A DNA stretch of 64,000 nucleotides from positions 26,681 to 90,680 of the forward strand of contig JBLNBA010000002.1 of the NCBI GenBank assembly GCA_050259635.1, in the 5' to 3' direction. Position 1 is the stretch's first letter. Every line of letters starts with the position of its first letter. Of this stretch, positions 36,469 through 45,765 are shown in pieces. Position numbers and translations under genes: made by a program. The notes below the pieces were generated by a model, which was given only the letters and a program-made list of their open reading frames with translations, was not told where the DNA came from and ran no database searches. The stretch comes from Bacillota bacterium (GTDB lineage Bacteria > Patescibacteriota > Patescibacteriia > Patescibacteriales > UBA12465).

Positions 36469-37071
36469 ATGACCCATCCCAAGAAAGAGAAGACATTCGT
36501 GATCTTGAAGCCTGATGCGATCCAACGAGGACTTGTCGGCGAAGTAACCAAGCGTTTCGAATCTGCCGGCCTCAAATTGGTCGCCATGAAATTAGTTAAG
36601 GCGGAAGAAGAAAAGTTATGGGAGCATTATAATAAGGATGAGGCATGGTTCTTGAAAAAGGGAGAAGGAACTATAAAGAATCGCCAAGACATGGGATTGC
36701 CGGTTGATAAGGAAGCGATTGAATACGGCAAGGATATCGTTCGCGCTTTGGTAAAATTCATGAGCTGCTGCCCGGTGGTCATGATGGCCTGGGAGGGTAA
36801 TCAGGCGGTATCGGTCGTAAAAAAAATCGTTGGCGGGACCGAACCGACCACTTCTGACGTTGGTACGATACGCGGCGATCTTACGCTTGACTCCTATGAA
36901 CTATCAAATTTGGATGAGCGCGCGGTCCGGAATTTAGTGCATTGTTCCGACCAGGTTTCCGAGGCGGAGCGTGAAATCGCTCTCTGGTTTAAACCGGAGG
37001 AATTAATGCAATACCGCTTGATCAGCGAACAGATTCTGTATGATGTTGATCTCGACGGTATTAATGAATAG
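36469..37071 (+). CDS. ndk: nucleoside-diphosphate kinase, long variant with insertions
   Basis: KTFVILKPDAIQRGLVGEV, GTIRGD, NLVHCSD (catalytic His context) and AEREIALWF. At 200 aa it exceeds the usual ~140-150 aa. Confidence 0.85.
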   Translation: MTHPKKEKTFVILKPDAIQRGLVGEVTKRFESAGLKLVAMKLVKAEEEKLWEHYNKDEAWFLKKGEGTIKNRQDMGLPVDKEAIEYGKDIVRALVKFMSCCPVVMMAWEGNQAVSVVKKIVGGTEPTTSDVGTIRGDLTLDSYELSNLDERAVRNLVHCSDQVSEAEREIALWFKPEELMQYRLISEQILYDVDLDGINE

Positions 37072-37079
37072 TTTCTTGT

Positions 37080-37562
37080 ATGGCTGGAGAAGATGATGAT
37101 AAGAAGAAGATGATGATGGTCAAAGCCGGAGTCTGGGTCATATCAATCATGATCGTCCTTTTTTGGGGAGTGAATTTACGTAATTCCTTTTCTGCTTCTA
37201 CCCCGGCCGAAGACAATAACCTGAATTCTATCGAAAAAGAAATAAGCCAGACCGTCAAAGAGATCAAGGATAGTAATAGTCAGCCGGAAAAGGGCCAAGG
37301 GTTAGACGACCAAGCGGCGGGTTTGATTAACGGCCTTAAAGAGGATATTGAAAATCGCCAAGGAACTGTTGCTAGCCCCACGGCCAATAATGCCGCTAGT
37401 TCTAGCCCTGAGATATCCACTTCCTCGCCGTCCTCCCTTCCTGCCACTAGCACTGTAAGACAAAATTGTCCGCAATATATCAACTGTATGCCGACTTTTG
37501 GAGAACCGCGACCTTGCGTCATACCGCCAGGCTGTGAAAACTATACACAAATCGCTTATTGA
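37080..37562 (+). CDS. hypothetical membrane-anchored protein
   Basis: 160 aa. N-terminal TM ([15 protein letters not shown]), a Ser/Ala-rich linker, and the C-terminal motif [23 protein letters not shown]. The stop is 1 nt before the gyrA ATG. Confidence 0.6.
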   Translation: MAGEDDDKKKMMMVKAGVWVISIMIVLFWGVNLRNSFSASTPAEDNNLNSIEKEISQTVKEIKDSNSQPEKGQGLDDQAAGLINGLKEDIENRQGTVASPTANNAASSSPEISTSSPSSLPATSTVRQNCPQYINCMPTFGEPRPCVIPPGCENYTQIAY

Positions 37563-37563
37563 T

Positions 37564-40074
37564 ATGAACAAAGAAGCATCGAAAGAACCGAAAAAGGAAT
37601 CCGTCCTGCCAAGCGACCAGCGCCATACGGAGTTTGGAGTGGTTAAGGACCAGCCATTGGTCGAAGAAATGAGCCGCTCTTATCTCGAGTACGCCATGAG
37701 CGTCATCGTTTCCCGCGCCTTACCTGACGTCCGTGACGGACTGAAGCCGGTGCATCGCCGCATCCTTTACGCAATGTGGAGTATCGGCCTCCGATCCACC
37801 GGGAAATTCCGCAAATCGGCGACGGTCGTCGGTGAAGTGCTCGGTAAGTACCATCCGCACGGGGACAGCGCCGTCTATGAATCGATGGTGCGTTTGGCGC
37901 AGGACTTTTCTATGCGCTATCCGCTTGTCCGAGGGCAAGGCAACTTCGGTTCCATGGATGGAGACGGAGCGGCGGCGATGCGTTATACGGAAGCGAAATT
38001 AGCTGGCATAGCGGAAGAGATGCTTTTTGATATCGATAAGAATACGGTTGATTTTATTCCCAATTACGACGGTTCCCATAAAGAACCGCGGGTCTTGCCG
38101 GCGAAACTGCCAAACTTACTTTTAAACGGAACCATGGGAATAGCGGTCGGCATGTCTACCAATATCCCGCCTCACAATTTGGGAGAACTGGTCCTGGCAA
38201 TCGAACACCTGATTGATAATCCCGATGCGAGCATCGAAGATCTGATGCAATTCGTGAAAGGCCCGGATTTCCCGACCGGTGGCATAATTTTTAACCATAA
38301 GGATATCTTGGCTACCTATACTACCGGTAAAGGAGGGATAATTATCCGGGGCAAGGCAGAAATAGAAGAGCAGAAGGGCGGAAATTTCCAAATCATTATT
38401 TCCGAGATCCCTTATCAGGTGAATAAAGCGGACTTGGTTGAGAAAATCGCTGATTTGGTAAAAGACAAAAAGCTTGAAGGCATTAAGAATCTTCGTGATG
38501 AATCCGATAAGGACGGCGTGCGCGTCGTGATCGAGCTGAAAAAAGATTCTTATCCTAAGAAAATATTGAACGCCCTTTATAAGCATACTTCGCTACAGAC
38601 GACCTTCCATGTGAATATGCTTGCTCTGGAAGGAGGAATCCAGCCGAAGGTCATGACGATCAAGATGATTCTGGAAGAATACATCAAGCATCGTGAAGAG
38701 GTGGTCCGGCGCCGTACCCAGTATGAATTGGATAAGGCTAAAGACCGCTCCCATATACTTGAAGGTTTGTTGATTGCGCTTAAGAATATCGATGAGGTGA
38801 TCAAGACAATCAAGGCCTCCAAGGATAAAGAGATAGCCAAGGTGAATTTGATCAAGAAGTTTAAGCTTTCGGATCGCCAGGCGACAGCTATCCTTGAAAT
38901 GAGACTGCAGAGCTTGGCTAATCTAGAGCGCTTGAAGATAGAGCAGGAATGGGAAGAAAAGCAGAAGCTTATCAAAGAGCTCGAATCTATCATCAAGTCG
39001 CAGGCGAGGATACGCGCCATTATCAAGGATGAGGCGAAGGCGGTCGCAGAGAAATACGACAATTCCCGCCGTACGGCGGTCATGGCCCATGGGATTAAAG
39101 AGTTCAGCATGGAAGATCTGGTTCCGAATGAGGAAACGATGGTTATGATGACCCGTGACGGCTATATCAAGCGTATCGAGCCGGATAATTTCAAAGTGCA
39201 GGCCAGAGGCGGCAAGGGAGTGATCGGCCTGACGACTAAGGAAGAGGATACGGTTGAATTCATGTTCACTACCTTCACCCATAGCGACATCCTTTTCTTC
39301 ACGACCCGTGGTCGCACCTTCCAACTCAAGGTCCACGAAATTCCTCAGGCCTCGCGCGTCGCGAAGGGGAACTCGATTGTAAATTTCCTCCAGCTGACGA
39401 GCGGTGAACAGGTTACCTCTGTCTTGCCACTGGATAAGATTTTTGGCAGCAAATATCTATTTTTTGCTACCGAGAAAGGCTTGGTGAAGAAAGTAGAGCT
39501 TTCTGCCTTTGCCAACGTCCGCCGGAGCGGTCTTATTGCCATTAAAATCAAAGAAGACGATCGCTTGATTTGGGCGAAGCCTACTTCCGGATCAGATCAT
39601 ATCGAACTAATTACCGCCAAAGGCCAGGCCATCCGTTTCAAAGAGACCGATGTCCGAGACATGGGCCGGAATGCTGCCGGTGTTTACGGCATCCGCTTGC
39701 ATAAGGATGACGCTGTCGTAGGGATGGGTGTGGCTAAGACGGATAAAGAGAAGAAACGCAGTTATCAGATCCTCACGATCATGTCCAAGGGTTATGGCAA
39801 GCGTACGGAGCTGTCTAATTATAAGGTCCAGGGCAGAGGCGGTAGCGGGATCAAGACTGCAAAGGTCACGGATAAGACTGGAGATATCAGCAATGCCTTC
39901 TTGGTGAATGCCGATACGATGGAGGAACGCGACCTGATAATCATTTCCGATCACGGGCAGGTTATCCGGACTCCGTTTAAATCCGTGAGCGTCCTAGGGC
40001 GGGATACCCAAGGCGTCCGCATCATGCGTTTCAAAGATGATGACGACCGGGTATCGAGTATTACCTGGATATAA
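37564..40074 (+). CDS. gyrA: DNA gyrase subunit A
   Basis: [24 protein letters not shown], the active-site region [10 protein letters not shown], and C-terminal beta-pinwheel repeats. ATG 37564 is chosen. Confidence 0.96.
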   Translation: MNKEASKEPKKESVLPSDQRHTEFGVVKDQPLVEEMSRSYLEYAMSVIVSRALPDVRDGLKPVHRRILYAMWSIGLRSTGKFRKSATVVGEVLGKYHPHGDSAVYESMVRLAQDFSMRYPLVRGQGNFGSMDGDGAAAMRYTEAKLAGIAEEMLFDIDKNTVDFIPNYDGSHKEPRVLPAKLPNLLLNGTMGIAVGMSTNIPPHNLGELVLAIEHLIDNPDASIEDLMQFVKGPDFPTGGIIFNHKDILATYTTGKGGIIIRGKAEIEEQKGGNFQIIISEIPYQVNKADLVEKIADLVKDKKLEGIKNLRDESDKDGVRVVIELKKDSYPKKILNALYKHTSLQTTFHVNMLALEGGIQPKVMTIKMILEEYIKHREEVVRRRTQYELDKAKDRSHILEGLLIALKNIDEVIKTIKASKDKEIAKVNLIKKFKLSDRQATAILEMRLQSLANLERLKIEQEWEEKQKLIKELESIIKSQARIRAIIKDEAKAVAEKYDNSRRTAVMAHGIKEFSMEDLVPNEETMVMMTRDGYIKRIEPDNFKVQARGGKGVIGLTTKEEDTVEFMFTTFTHSDILFFTTRGRTFQLKVHEIPQASRVAKGNSIVNFLQLTSGEQVTSVLPLDKIFGSKYLFFATEKGLVKKVELSAFANVRRSGLIAIKIKEDDRLIWAKPTSGSDHIELITAKGQAIRFKETDVRDMGRNAAGVYGIRLHKDDAVVGMGVAKTDKEKKRSYQILTIMSKGYGKRTELSNYKVQGRGGSGIKTAKVTDKTGDISNAFLVNADTMEERDLIIISDHGQVIRTPFKSVSVLGRDTQGVRIMRFKDDDDRVSSITWI

Positions 40075-40151
40075 ATATTCAGCCGCCGACCAGTTCGGCG
40101 GCTTTGGTATCTCCTTCTTCAAACAAAGAATCTGGGCTATAATCCCTTTAT

Positions 40152-41267
40152 ATGGAAACTACATTTGTCATTTTCTTCCTGCTAGTCTTTGCCGGCATTA
40201 TTGCTGTTATTTTCCTTTTAATCCGCCGTGGCGAAGGAGGCGCCGAGCAGTCTTCCGCCTTATTGGAACGGTTGGCCCAACAGTCCGAGAAATTGACTCA
40301 GCTATCAGTGCAGAATGGCGAGCTTAGGATAGAATTGGACTATAAGCTCAGCGAGACGCACCGGGCAACCCAAGGGCAGTTCGAACAGACGACGCGGGTG
40401 ATCCAGAATATCACCGGCCAATCCGCCAAGCTCATTGCTGACGTGACCGAAAAGCTCGCCAAGCTTGATGAAACCAATAAGCAGGTTGTAAATTTTTCCT
40501 CGCAGCTGCAGAATCTGCAAGACATCCTGAAGAACCCCAAGCAGCGCGGCGTCCTGGGAGAATTTTATCTCGAAGAGACCTTGAAGAACGTCCTGCCCCC
40601 CAAGTCTTATGCCCTTCAGTATAAGCTTGGTAAGAGCGAAAAGACGGGCAAGGACCTGATCGTGGACGCCGTGGTCTTCGTGAAAGACAAGATCATTCCC
40701 GTTGACGCCAAATTCTCTTTGGAGAACTACGAGCGCCTGTTGAATACGAGCGACCCGGAAGCCCGCAAGAAGATCGAGGCGCAGTTCAAGCAGGATCTTA
40801 AAAACCGGATCGATGAGACCGCGAAATATGTAATGCCTGAAATGGGGACGATGGAATTCGCCTTCATGTTCATTCCCTCTGAAGCCATATATTATGACCT
40901 CCTCGTAAATTCTGTCGGCGCCGTGAAGGTGAACACCCGGGATCTTATTGAATATGCTTTCCGTGACAAGAAAGTCATTATCGTTTCGCCAACATCTTTC
41001 CTGGCGTATCTCCAAACGGTCTTACAAGGCCTCAAGGCTATGCAGATTGAGGAAAAAGCTATAGAAATAAAGGCCAATATCGAGAAACTGGGAAAGCATA
41101 TGCTTTCTTATGATGAATTCTTGCGCAAACTCGGCTCGAGTCTTTCGGTGTCGGTGAGCCATTATAATAATGCCTATCATGAGTTCAAGAAGATTGATAA
41201 GGATGTGGTCAAGATTACGGGAGGCGAAAGCCAGATTGAGCCGGTGAAAATCGAGGCTCCTAAATAA
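40152..41267 (+). CDS. rmuC: DNA recombination protein RmuC
   Basis: 371 aa. N-terminal TM, a coiled coil, and an RmuC nuclease-like core (VDAVVF...IPVDAKF...MFIPSEAIY). Confidence 0.88.
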   Translation: METTFVIFFLLVFAGIIAVIFLLIRRGEGGAEQSSALLERLAQQSEKLTQLSVQNGELRIELDYKLSETHRATQGQFEQTTRVIQNITGQSAKLIADVTEKLAKLDETNKQVVNFSSQLQNLQDILKNPKQRGVLGEFYLEETLKNVLPPKSYALQYKLGKSEKTGKDLIVDAVVFVKDKIIPVDAKFSLENYERLLNTSDPEARKKIEAQFKQDLKNRIDETAKYVMPEMGTMEFAFMFIPSEAIYYDLLVNSVGAVKVNTRDLIEYAFRDKKVIIVSPTSFLAYLQTVLQGLKAMQIEEKAIEIKANIEKLGKHMLSYDEFLRKLGSSLSVSVSHYNNAYHEFKKIDKDVVKITGGESQIEPVKIEAPK

Positions 41268-41271
41268 ACAT

Positions 41272-42216
41272 ATGGCTGCCGAGGATCATCAATTAGATCA
41301 GATTCAGATCGCTATTATCAAAACGGCTGTATTCTTTGACATGTTTTCCTATCCCTTGACCGCCTATGAGCTCTGGCGCTATCTCGGTACCAAAGTAGAA
41401 TTTACGGAAATAGAACTTGCCGCCGCTAAACTGGAAGAATATGGTATGCTGGAGATCAAGCAGGGCTTTTATTTCCTGCCCGGGCAAGAGAGGCTGATTA
41501 CAGTCCGGAAACAAAGATATCATTTTACCAATCGCAAACTGAAGATTGCCCGCCGGGCAGTGAGGCTATTTCGTTTGCTCCCTACGATTAGGTTTGTCGC
41601 GATTAGCAACCTGATAGGGCGCCATAATCTGCGGGACGGAAGCGATATTGATATTTTTATTATCGCCAAAGAAAACCGGATCTGGCTGACCCGTTTGTTT
41701 TGCGCCGGGCTGATGAAGCTTCTTCGTCAACGGCCCACTCCTTTGCGGAAAAAGGATAAGATCTGTTTGAGCTTTTATATCGATGCCGGCCATTTGGATC
41801 TTCGGGGACTGGCGGATGGTCCGGACGACGACTATTTCCACTATTGGCTTGCTGGCTTGTATCCTCTTTATGATGCCGGCGCCTATCATCATCAGCTAAT
41901 TGCCGCCAATGATTGGCTTAGGCAATATCTGCCAAATGGCGATTTTGTCGTAAACAACCAATCATATCGAGAATCACCTCGTTACTGGTTGGGGAAGAGC
42001 TTGGTGGTGGGCTTTTGGAGCCGCCTGATTGACCGTCTCGAGGAGCAGGCCCATCGTTTCCAGCTCTATATAATGCCTAAAGCTTTGAAGGAAAAAGCTA
42101 ACGCCGATTCTTGCGTGATTATTAAGCCGGGAATACTGAAATTATATTTAGTAGACCGGCGGTGTGAGATCCGACGGCGTTATCTGGAAAGGCTTCATCG
42201 TTTTTTCAATGAATAA
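41272..42216 (+). CDS. hypothetical protein with nucleotidyltransferase-fold-like motif
   Basis: 314 aa. The GSDIDIFII segment resembles the GS-x-D-x-D NTase signature. Its 3' end overlaps the next gene's start. Confidence 0.6.
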   Translation: MAAEDHQLDQIQIAIIKTAVFFDMFSYPLTAYELWRYLGTKVEFTEIELAAAKLEEYGMLEIKQGFYFLPGQERLITVRKQRYHFTNRKLKIARRAVRLFRLLPTIRFVAISNLIGRHNLRDGSDIDIFIIAKENRIWLTRLFCAGLMKLLRQRPTPLRKKDKICLSFYIDAGHLDLRGLADGPDDDYFHYWLAGLYPLYDAGAYHHQLIAANDWLRQYLPNGDFVVNNQSYRESPRYWLGKSLVVGFWSRLIDRLEEQAHRFQLYIMPKALKEKANADSCVIIKPGILKLYLVDRRCEIRRRYLERLHRFFNE

Positions 42217-43459
42217 AAAGAATTGGCTGAAGGCCGCAGTCGTTTGCTATTATCTAGCGGCGCTTGCTTTACCTTGGCAGACAAAATTAATCGTCCTTGC
42301 GGCGCCCAGCGATTATTGGGAGATTTCTATCTATGCCGCTTGGGTATTTGTGTGGCTGGCTCTCCTGTTGGGTCTACCATCAGGCCTGTTCAGTGGAAAC
42401 TTGAAGTGGAATCCTCTGACGATTACCGCGTCTGTGTTAAGCTTGGCCGGCCTAGCCTCCGCCACCTTTTCATCAGCCCCGTATCTTTCCTTCTATTATT
42501 TATTGCTGTCCTTGAGCGGGATGGCTTTTTTTGTCTCCATTCGTAAGCTGGCAGTTCCTGTAAAGAGGAATATGGCTGTTTTGGCGCTTTCCAGCTTAAC
42601 TGCTCAGGCAGCGATAGGTATATGGCAGTTCGTAACGCAATTGTCTTTTTCCAGTACGCTTCTGGGGATTGCCTATCATAATGCTGGTAATCTAGGAACG
42701 GCGGTGATTGAGGTGTCTGATGGTCGCTGGCTGAGGGCTTATGGTGCCAGCAGCCATCCTAACGCTTTTGGGGGGCTGATGGCCATCGGTGCCATTGGGA
42801 TCTTATATTTATTCATTAGGGAAAAGAAGGCTGTTCGGAGGCTTCTGGCGGGGTCTGTCTTCCTGCTTTTCTTCGCCGGGGCTATCGTTTCATTTTCGCG
42901 CGCGGCATGGCTGGCTTTATTTTGCGCTACAGCCGTGCTTATATGGGAAAATCGTCGGGTACTGTTAGAGCGGTGGAAGGGCTTTGCCGTTCTGTTCGTC
43001 TTTTCACTTTTGGTGGCGGCCGGTTTATTCTTTTCTTATCAGCCTCTTTTCCTGGTCCGGACTCAAGCACAAGGCAGGCTGGAGGAAATGTCTTTTAGTG
43101 ATCGTCGGGAATATGATGCCAGAGGATGGCATGATTTCCTTCGCGACCCCCTATCCGGTACTGGTTTGGCGGCCTCTACTTTGGCGGATCGTCAGCGCGA
43201 TGAAGCGGCGGGAAAGAATTTGCCCGTTTGGTCATATCAGCCGGCACATGATTACTGGCTCTTGGCCGGGACGGAGGCTGGAATCTTTTTCCTCTTAGCC
43301 TTAGGCGCGATTTGGATAATGGCCATAAAAAAAAGCTGGACTAACCAGCTTCTCGCCCTGCCGACGGCTTTATTCTTCCTTTCATTATTTGATCATTGGC
43401 TGTTTAGCCTGCCTTTAGCTCCGGCCTGGGTTGCTTTTCTATTCGCCTTGATGTGGTAA
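42209..43459 (+). CDS. O-antigen ligase/Wzy_C-family polytopic membrane protein
   Basis: About 10 TM helices. SHPNAFGG, FSRAAWLAL, and a large loop followed by PAHDYWLLAGTEAGIFF. ATG 42209 (MNKKNWLK) is chosen. Confidence 0.8.
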   Translation: MNKKNWLKAAVVCYYLAALALPWQTKLIVLAAPSDYWEISIYAAWVFVWLALLLGLPSGLFSGNLKWNPLTITASVLSLAGLASATFSSAPYLSFYYLLLSLSGMAFFVSIRKLAVPVKRNMAVLALSSLTAQAAIGIWQFVTQLSFSSTLLGIAYHNAGNLGTAVIEVSDGRWLRAYGASSHPNAFGGLMAIGAIGILYLFIREKKAVRRLLAGSVFLLFFAGAIVSFSRAAWLALFCATAVLIWENRRVLLERWKGFAVLFVFSLLVAAGLFFSYQPLFLVRTQAQGRLEEMSFSDRREYDARGWHDFLRDPLSGTGLAASTLADRQRDEAAGKNLPVWSYQPAHDYWLLAGTEAGIFFLLALGAIWIMAIKKSWTNQLLALPTALFFLSLFDHWLFSLPLAPAWVAFLFALMW

Positions 43460-43689
43460 TTTTCCTGGAGGATGCTTAAATCTCCTTCTAGATTCTTAAA
43501 GGCTTTTTCAATGGGCGCCCAGGTGGACGCTTTTTTCATATGCCGGCTTAACTCTTGGCGGATGAGACGCAGTAAGGTGGTGGCAGTTCCGAAATAATCA
43601 TTACTTGCAACGTGGAATTTTACGCTCTCCTCATCTCGGATTAATAATTTAGGCCTTGCGGTTATTTTATACTTCCGGCCGGGGTTCAT
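43393..43689 (-). CDS. hypothetical protein downstream of radC
   Basis: 98 aa. The ATG overlaps the radC stop (ATGA). The 3' 67 nt overlap the convergent Wzy_C gene. Confidence 0.45.
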   Translation of the reverse strand: MNPGRKYKITARPKLLIRDEESVKFHVASNDYFGTATTLLRLIRQELSRHMKKASTWAPIEKAFKNLEGDLSILQENYHIKANRKATQAGAKGRLNSQ

Positions 43690-44402
43690 ATGATGCTCAA
43701 GTGCTTGTTGCCGCCGATAATCAAGTGGTCCAAGATTTCTACATCCAGGATGCGTCCGGCGGCGATGAGATTATCCGTTATTTCCTGGTCATCCCGGGAG
43801 GCCTTCAGTACTCCGGACGGGTGGTTGTGCGCGAGAATAATTGCACTCGCTCCATATTCGAGTGCCGGACGGAATACTTCTCGCGCCTGTACAAGGGAAG
43901 CATCTATCGTGCCGATAGAAATGACTTCATCATGGATGAGCTGGTAATGGTTGTTTAGATATAATCCCCTGAACTGCTCTTTTTTGAGCGAGTTCATCTC
44001 CTTGAGATAATTTGCTGCTTGGGTGGCATTGCGGATGGTAATGAGCCCGCCGGGTTTTTTTTGGAAAAGCCGGCGTCCGAGTTCGAAACAGGCAACGATC
44101 TGGCAAGCTTTGATTTCCGGAAGACGCAATTCCTTGGCCATGGCGGATGGATCTTTCTGGGTGGCGATAGCTTTCTCGCCATACTCTCGCAAGAGGCGGG
44201 AAGCCATAGAAAAAACCTCTTCTTTCTTGGTGCCGACGCCTAAGACTACTGCTAGAAGCTCAGCTAAGCTTAAAGAGCCGACTCCTTGGGCGACCATCTT
44301 TTCTCTGGGCTTTTCGCCTTCCGCCATATCGCGCACGCGCTTGATCTTATAGGCGGCGCCATGGGCTTTTAAGGTCTGGTTGTTCTTCTGTAAATAGGGC
44401 AT
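43686..44402 (-). CDS. radC: RadC-family JAB-domain protein
   Basis: 238 aa. N-terminal HhH-like LSLAELLAVVLGVG and a JAB/MPN motif ILAHNHPSG. Confidence 0.9.
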   Translation of the reverse strand: MPYLQKNNQTLKAHGAAYKIKRVRDMAEGEKPREKMVAQGVGSLSLAELLAVVLGVGTKKEEVFSMASRLLREYGEKAIATQKDPSAMAKELRLPEIKACQIVACFELGRRLFQKKPGGLITIRNATQAANYLKEMNSLKKEQFRGLYLNNHYQLIHDEVISIGTIDASLVQAREVFRPALEYGASAIILAHNHPSGVLKASRDDQEITDNLIAAGRILDVEILDHLIIGGNKHLSII

Positions 44403-44481
44403 AAGAAGAAATTTTAGCTAAATATCTCTGCTTTTCATTATAACAGAGATGTGTTAAATTTAAAACATAACGAATTAATCT

Positions 44482-45762
44482 ATGCCTAAACACAAAAAGG
44501 TAATATTGTCCAATAAGATGCCGGTTATCTTAGTACCTTTGCCAGGTGCTAAAACGACTACGGCTTTAGTAATGGTAAGGACCGGCTCTAAGTATGAATC
44601 AAAGAAAGAAAGCGGACTATCTCATTTTTTAGAGCACATGTTTTTTAAGGGCACAAAACGACGTCCGGACACTTTTACCCTGACTGCGGAACTAGATGCT
44701 CTTGGGGGAGAATATAATGCCTTCACCTCTAAAGAATACACCGGTTTTTACGTCAAGGCGGTGGCGGGAAAATTAGCAGCTTGTTTGGATATCCTGGGAG
44801 ATATGCTGTCGTCTTCAAAGTTTGAGGAGGCGGAAGTCGAAAGAGAAAAAAGGGTGGTTATCGAAGAACTTAAAATGTGCCAAGACGATCCGAAAATACT
44901 TTTGGAGGACGTCTTGGAAGGCTGTCTATATGGCGATACGCCAGCGGGCTGGGATGTTGGCGGAACTAAGAACTCGGTCAGAGGCTTGAAGAGGAACGAT
45001 ATCGTCGGCTACTTTAAGCGCCAATATGGAGCGAACAGCATGGTGGTTATCCTTGCCGGGGCGGTTAAGGAAAGCGACCGGACGATGATCGCCAGGACTT
45101 TCAGCTCCTTTCCTTCAAATCCCTGGAAGGATAAGGTGGCGGTCGTAGAGAAACAGTCGCAACCGAAGGCCAAGATCGTGAAGAAAGACTTGGATCAGAT
45201 AAATCTATCCTTAGCTGTGCGGACATTTCCGGCGGAACATCCGATGGAATTGGCGCTTAAAGTCATGGGTGTCATCCTCGGCGGCTCGATGAGTTCCCGG
45301 TTGTTTATCTCCTTACGTGAAAGGTCAGGTTTGGCCTATCATGTTTATACGCGGACAGAGCATTATACCGATTCCGGTTACCTGGCCACCACCGCCGGTG
45401 TTCCAAAGGGGAAAACCGGAGCCGCTATCGCGATCATCATGCAGGAGTATCAACGCATCATGAATGAAGAGGTGCCTGCCTCAGAGCTTGAACGGGCTAA
45501 AGACTTGCTTTCGGGGCATATGGTGATGCATCAGGAATCCAGCGACGATGTTGCCAGCTGGTACGGCCAGCAGGCAATGATTAAGAACAAGCTTATCGAC
45601 CCTGAAGAGCAAGAAAAACGCTTGCGGGCGGTGACAAGCGCGGACATCCGCCGGGCTGCCTTAGCGGTGATGAAAGATGCGAATCTTAATCTGGCTGTCA
45701 TCGGGCAGATAAAGAAAGAGGAAGAAGCTTCAATCAAGAAAGTGCTTCGCTTTAATGCTTAA
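44482..45762 (+). CDS. M16-family (pitrilysin/insulinase-like) zinc peptidase
   Basis: 426 aa. Inverted zinc motif HFLEHMFFKGT and the downstream Glu (EYNAFTSKE). Confidence 0.88.
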   Translation: MPKHKKVILSNKMPVILVPLPGAKTTTALVMVRTGSKYESKKESGLSHFLEHMFFKGTKRRPDTFTLTAELDALGGEYNAFTSKEYTGFYVKAVAGKLAACLDILGDMLSSSKFEEAEVEREKRVVIEELKMCQDDPKILLEDVLEGCLYGDTPAGWDVGGTKNSVRGLKRNDIVGYFKRQYGANSMVVILAGAVKESDRTMIARTFSSFPSNPWKDKVAVVEKQSQPKAKIVKKDLDQINLSLAVRTFPAEHPMELALKVMGVILGGSMSSRLFISLRERSGLAYHVYTRTEHYTDSGYLATTAGVPKGKTGAAIAIIMQEYQRIMNEEVPASELERAKDLLSGHMVMHQESSDDVASWYGQQAMIKNKLIDPEEQEKRLRAVTSADIRRAALAVMKDANLNLAVIGQIKKEEEASIKKVLRFNA

Positions 45763-45765
45763 AAC

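Noticed and set aside
40305-41015. A 236-aa minus-strand ORF inside rmuC. Similar long antisense ORFs lie in glyQS (2050-2661), gyrA (38577-39110), valS (11858-12370) and the 1269-aa ORF (33277-33843).
   Set aside because: In every case the sense frame encodes a recognisable conserved protein. The antisense translations are low-complexity with no motifs.
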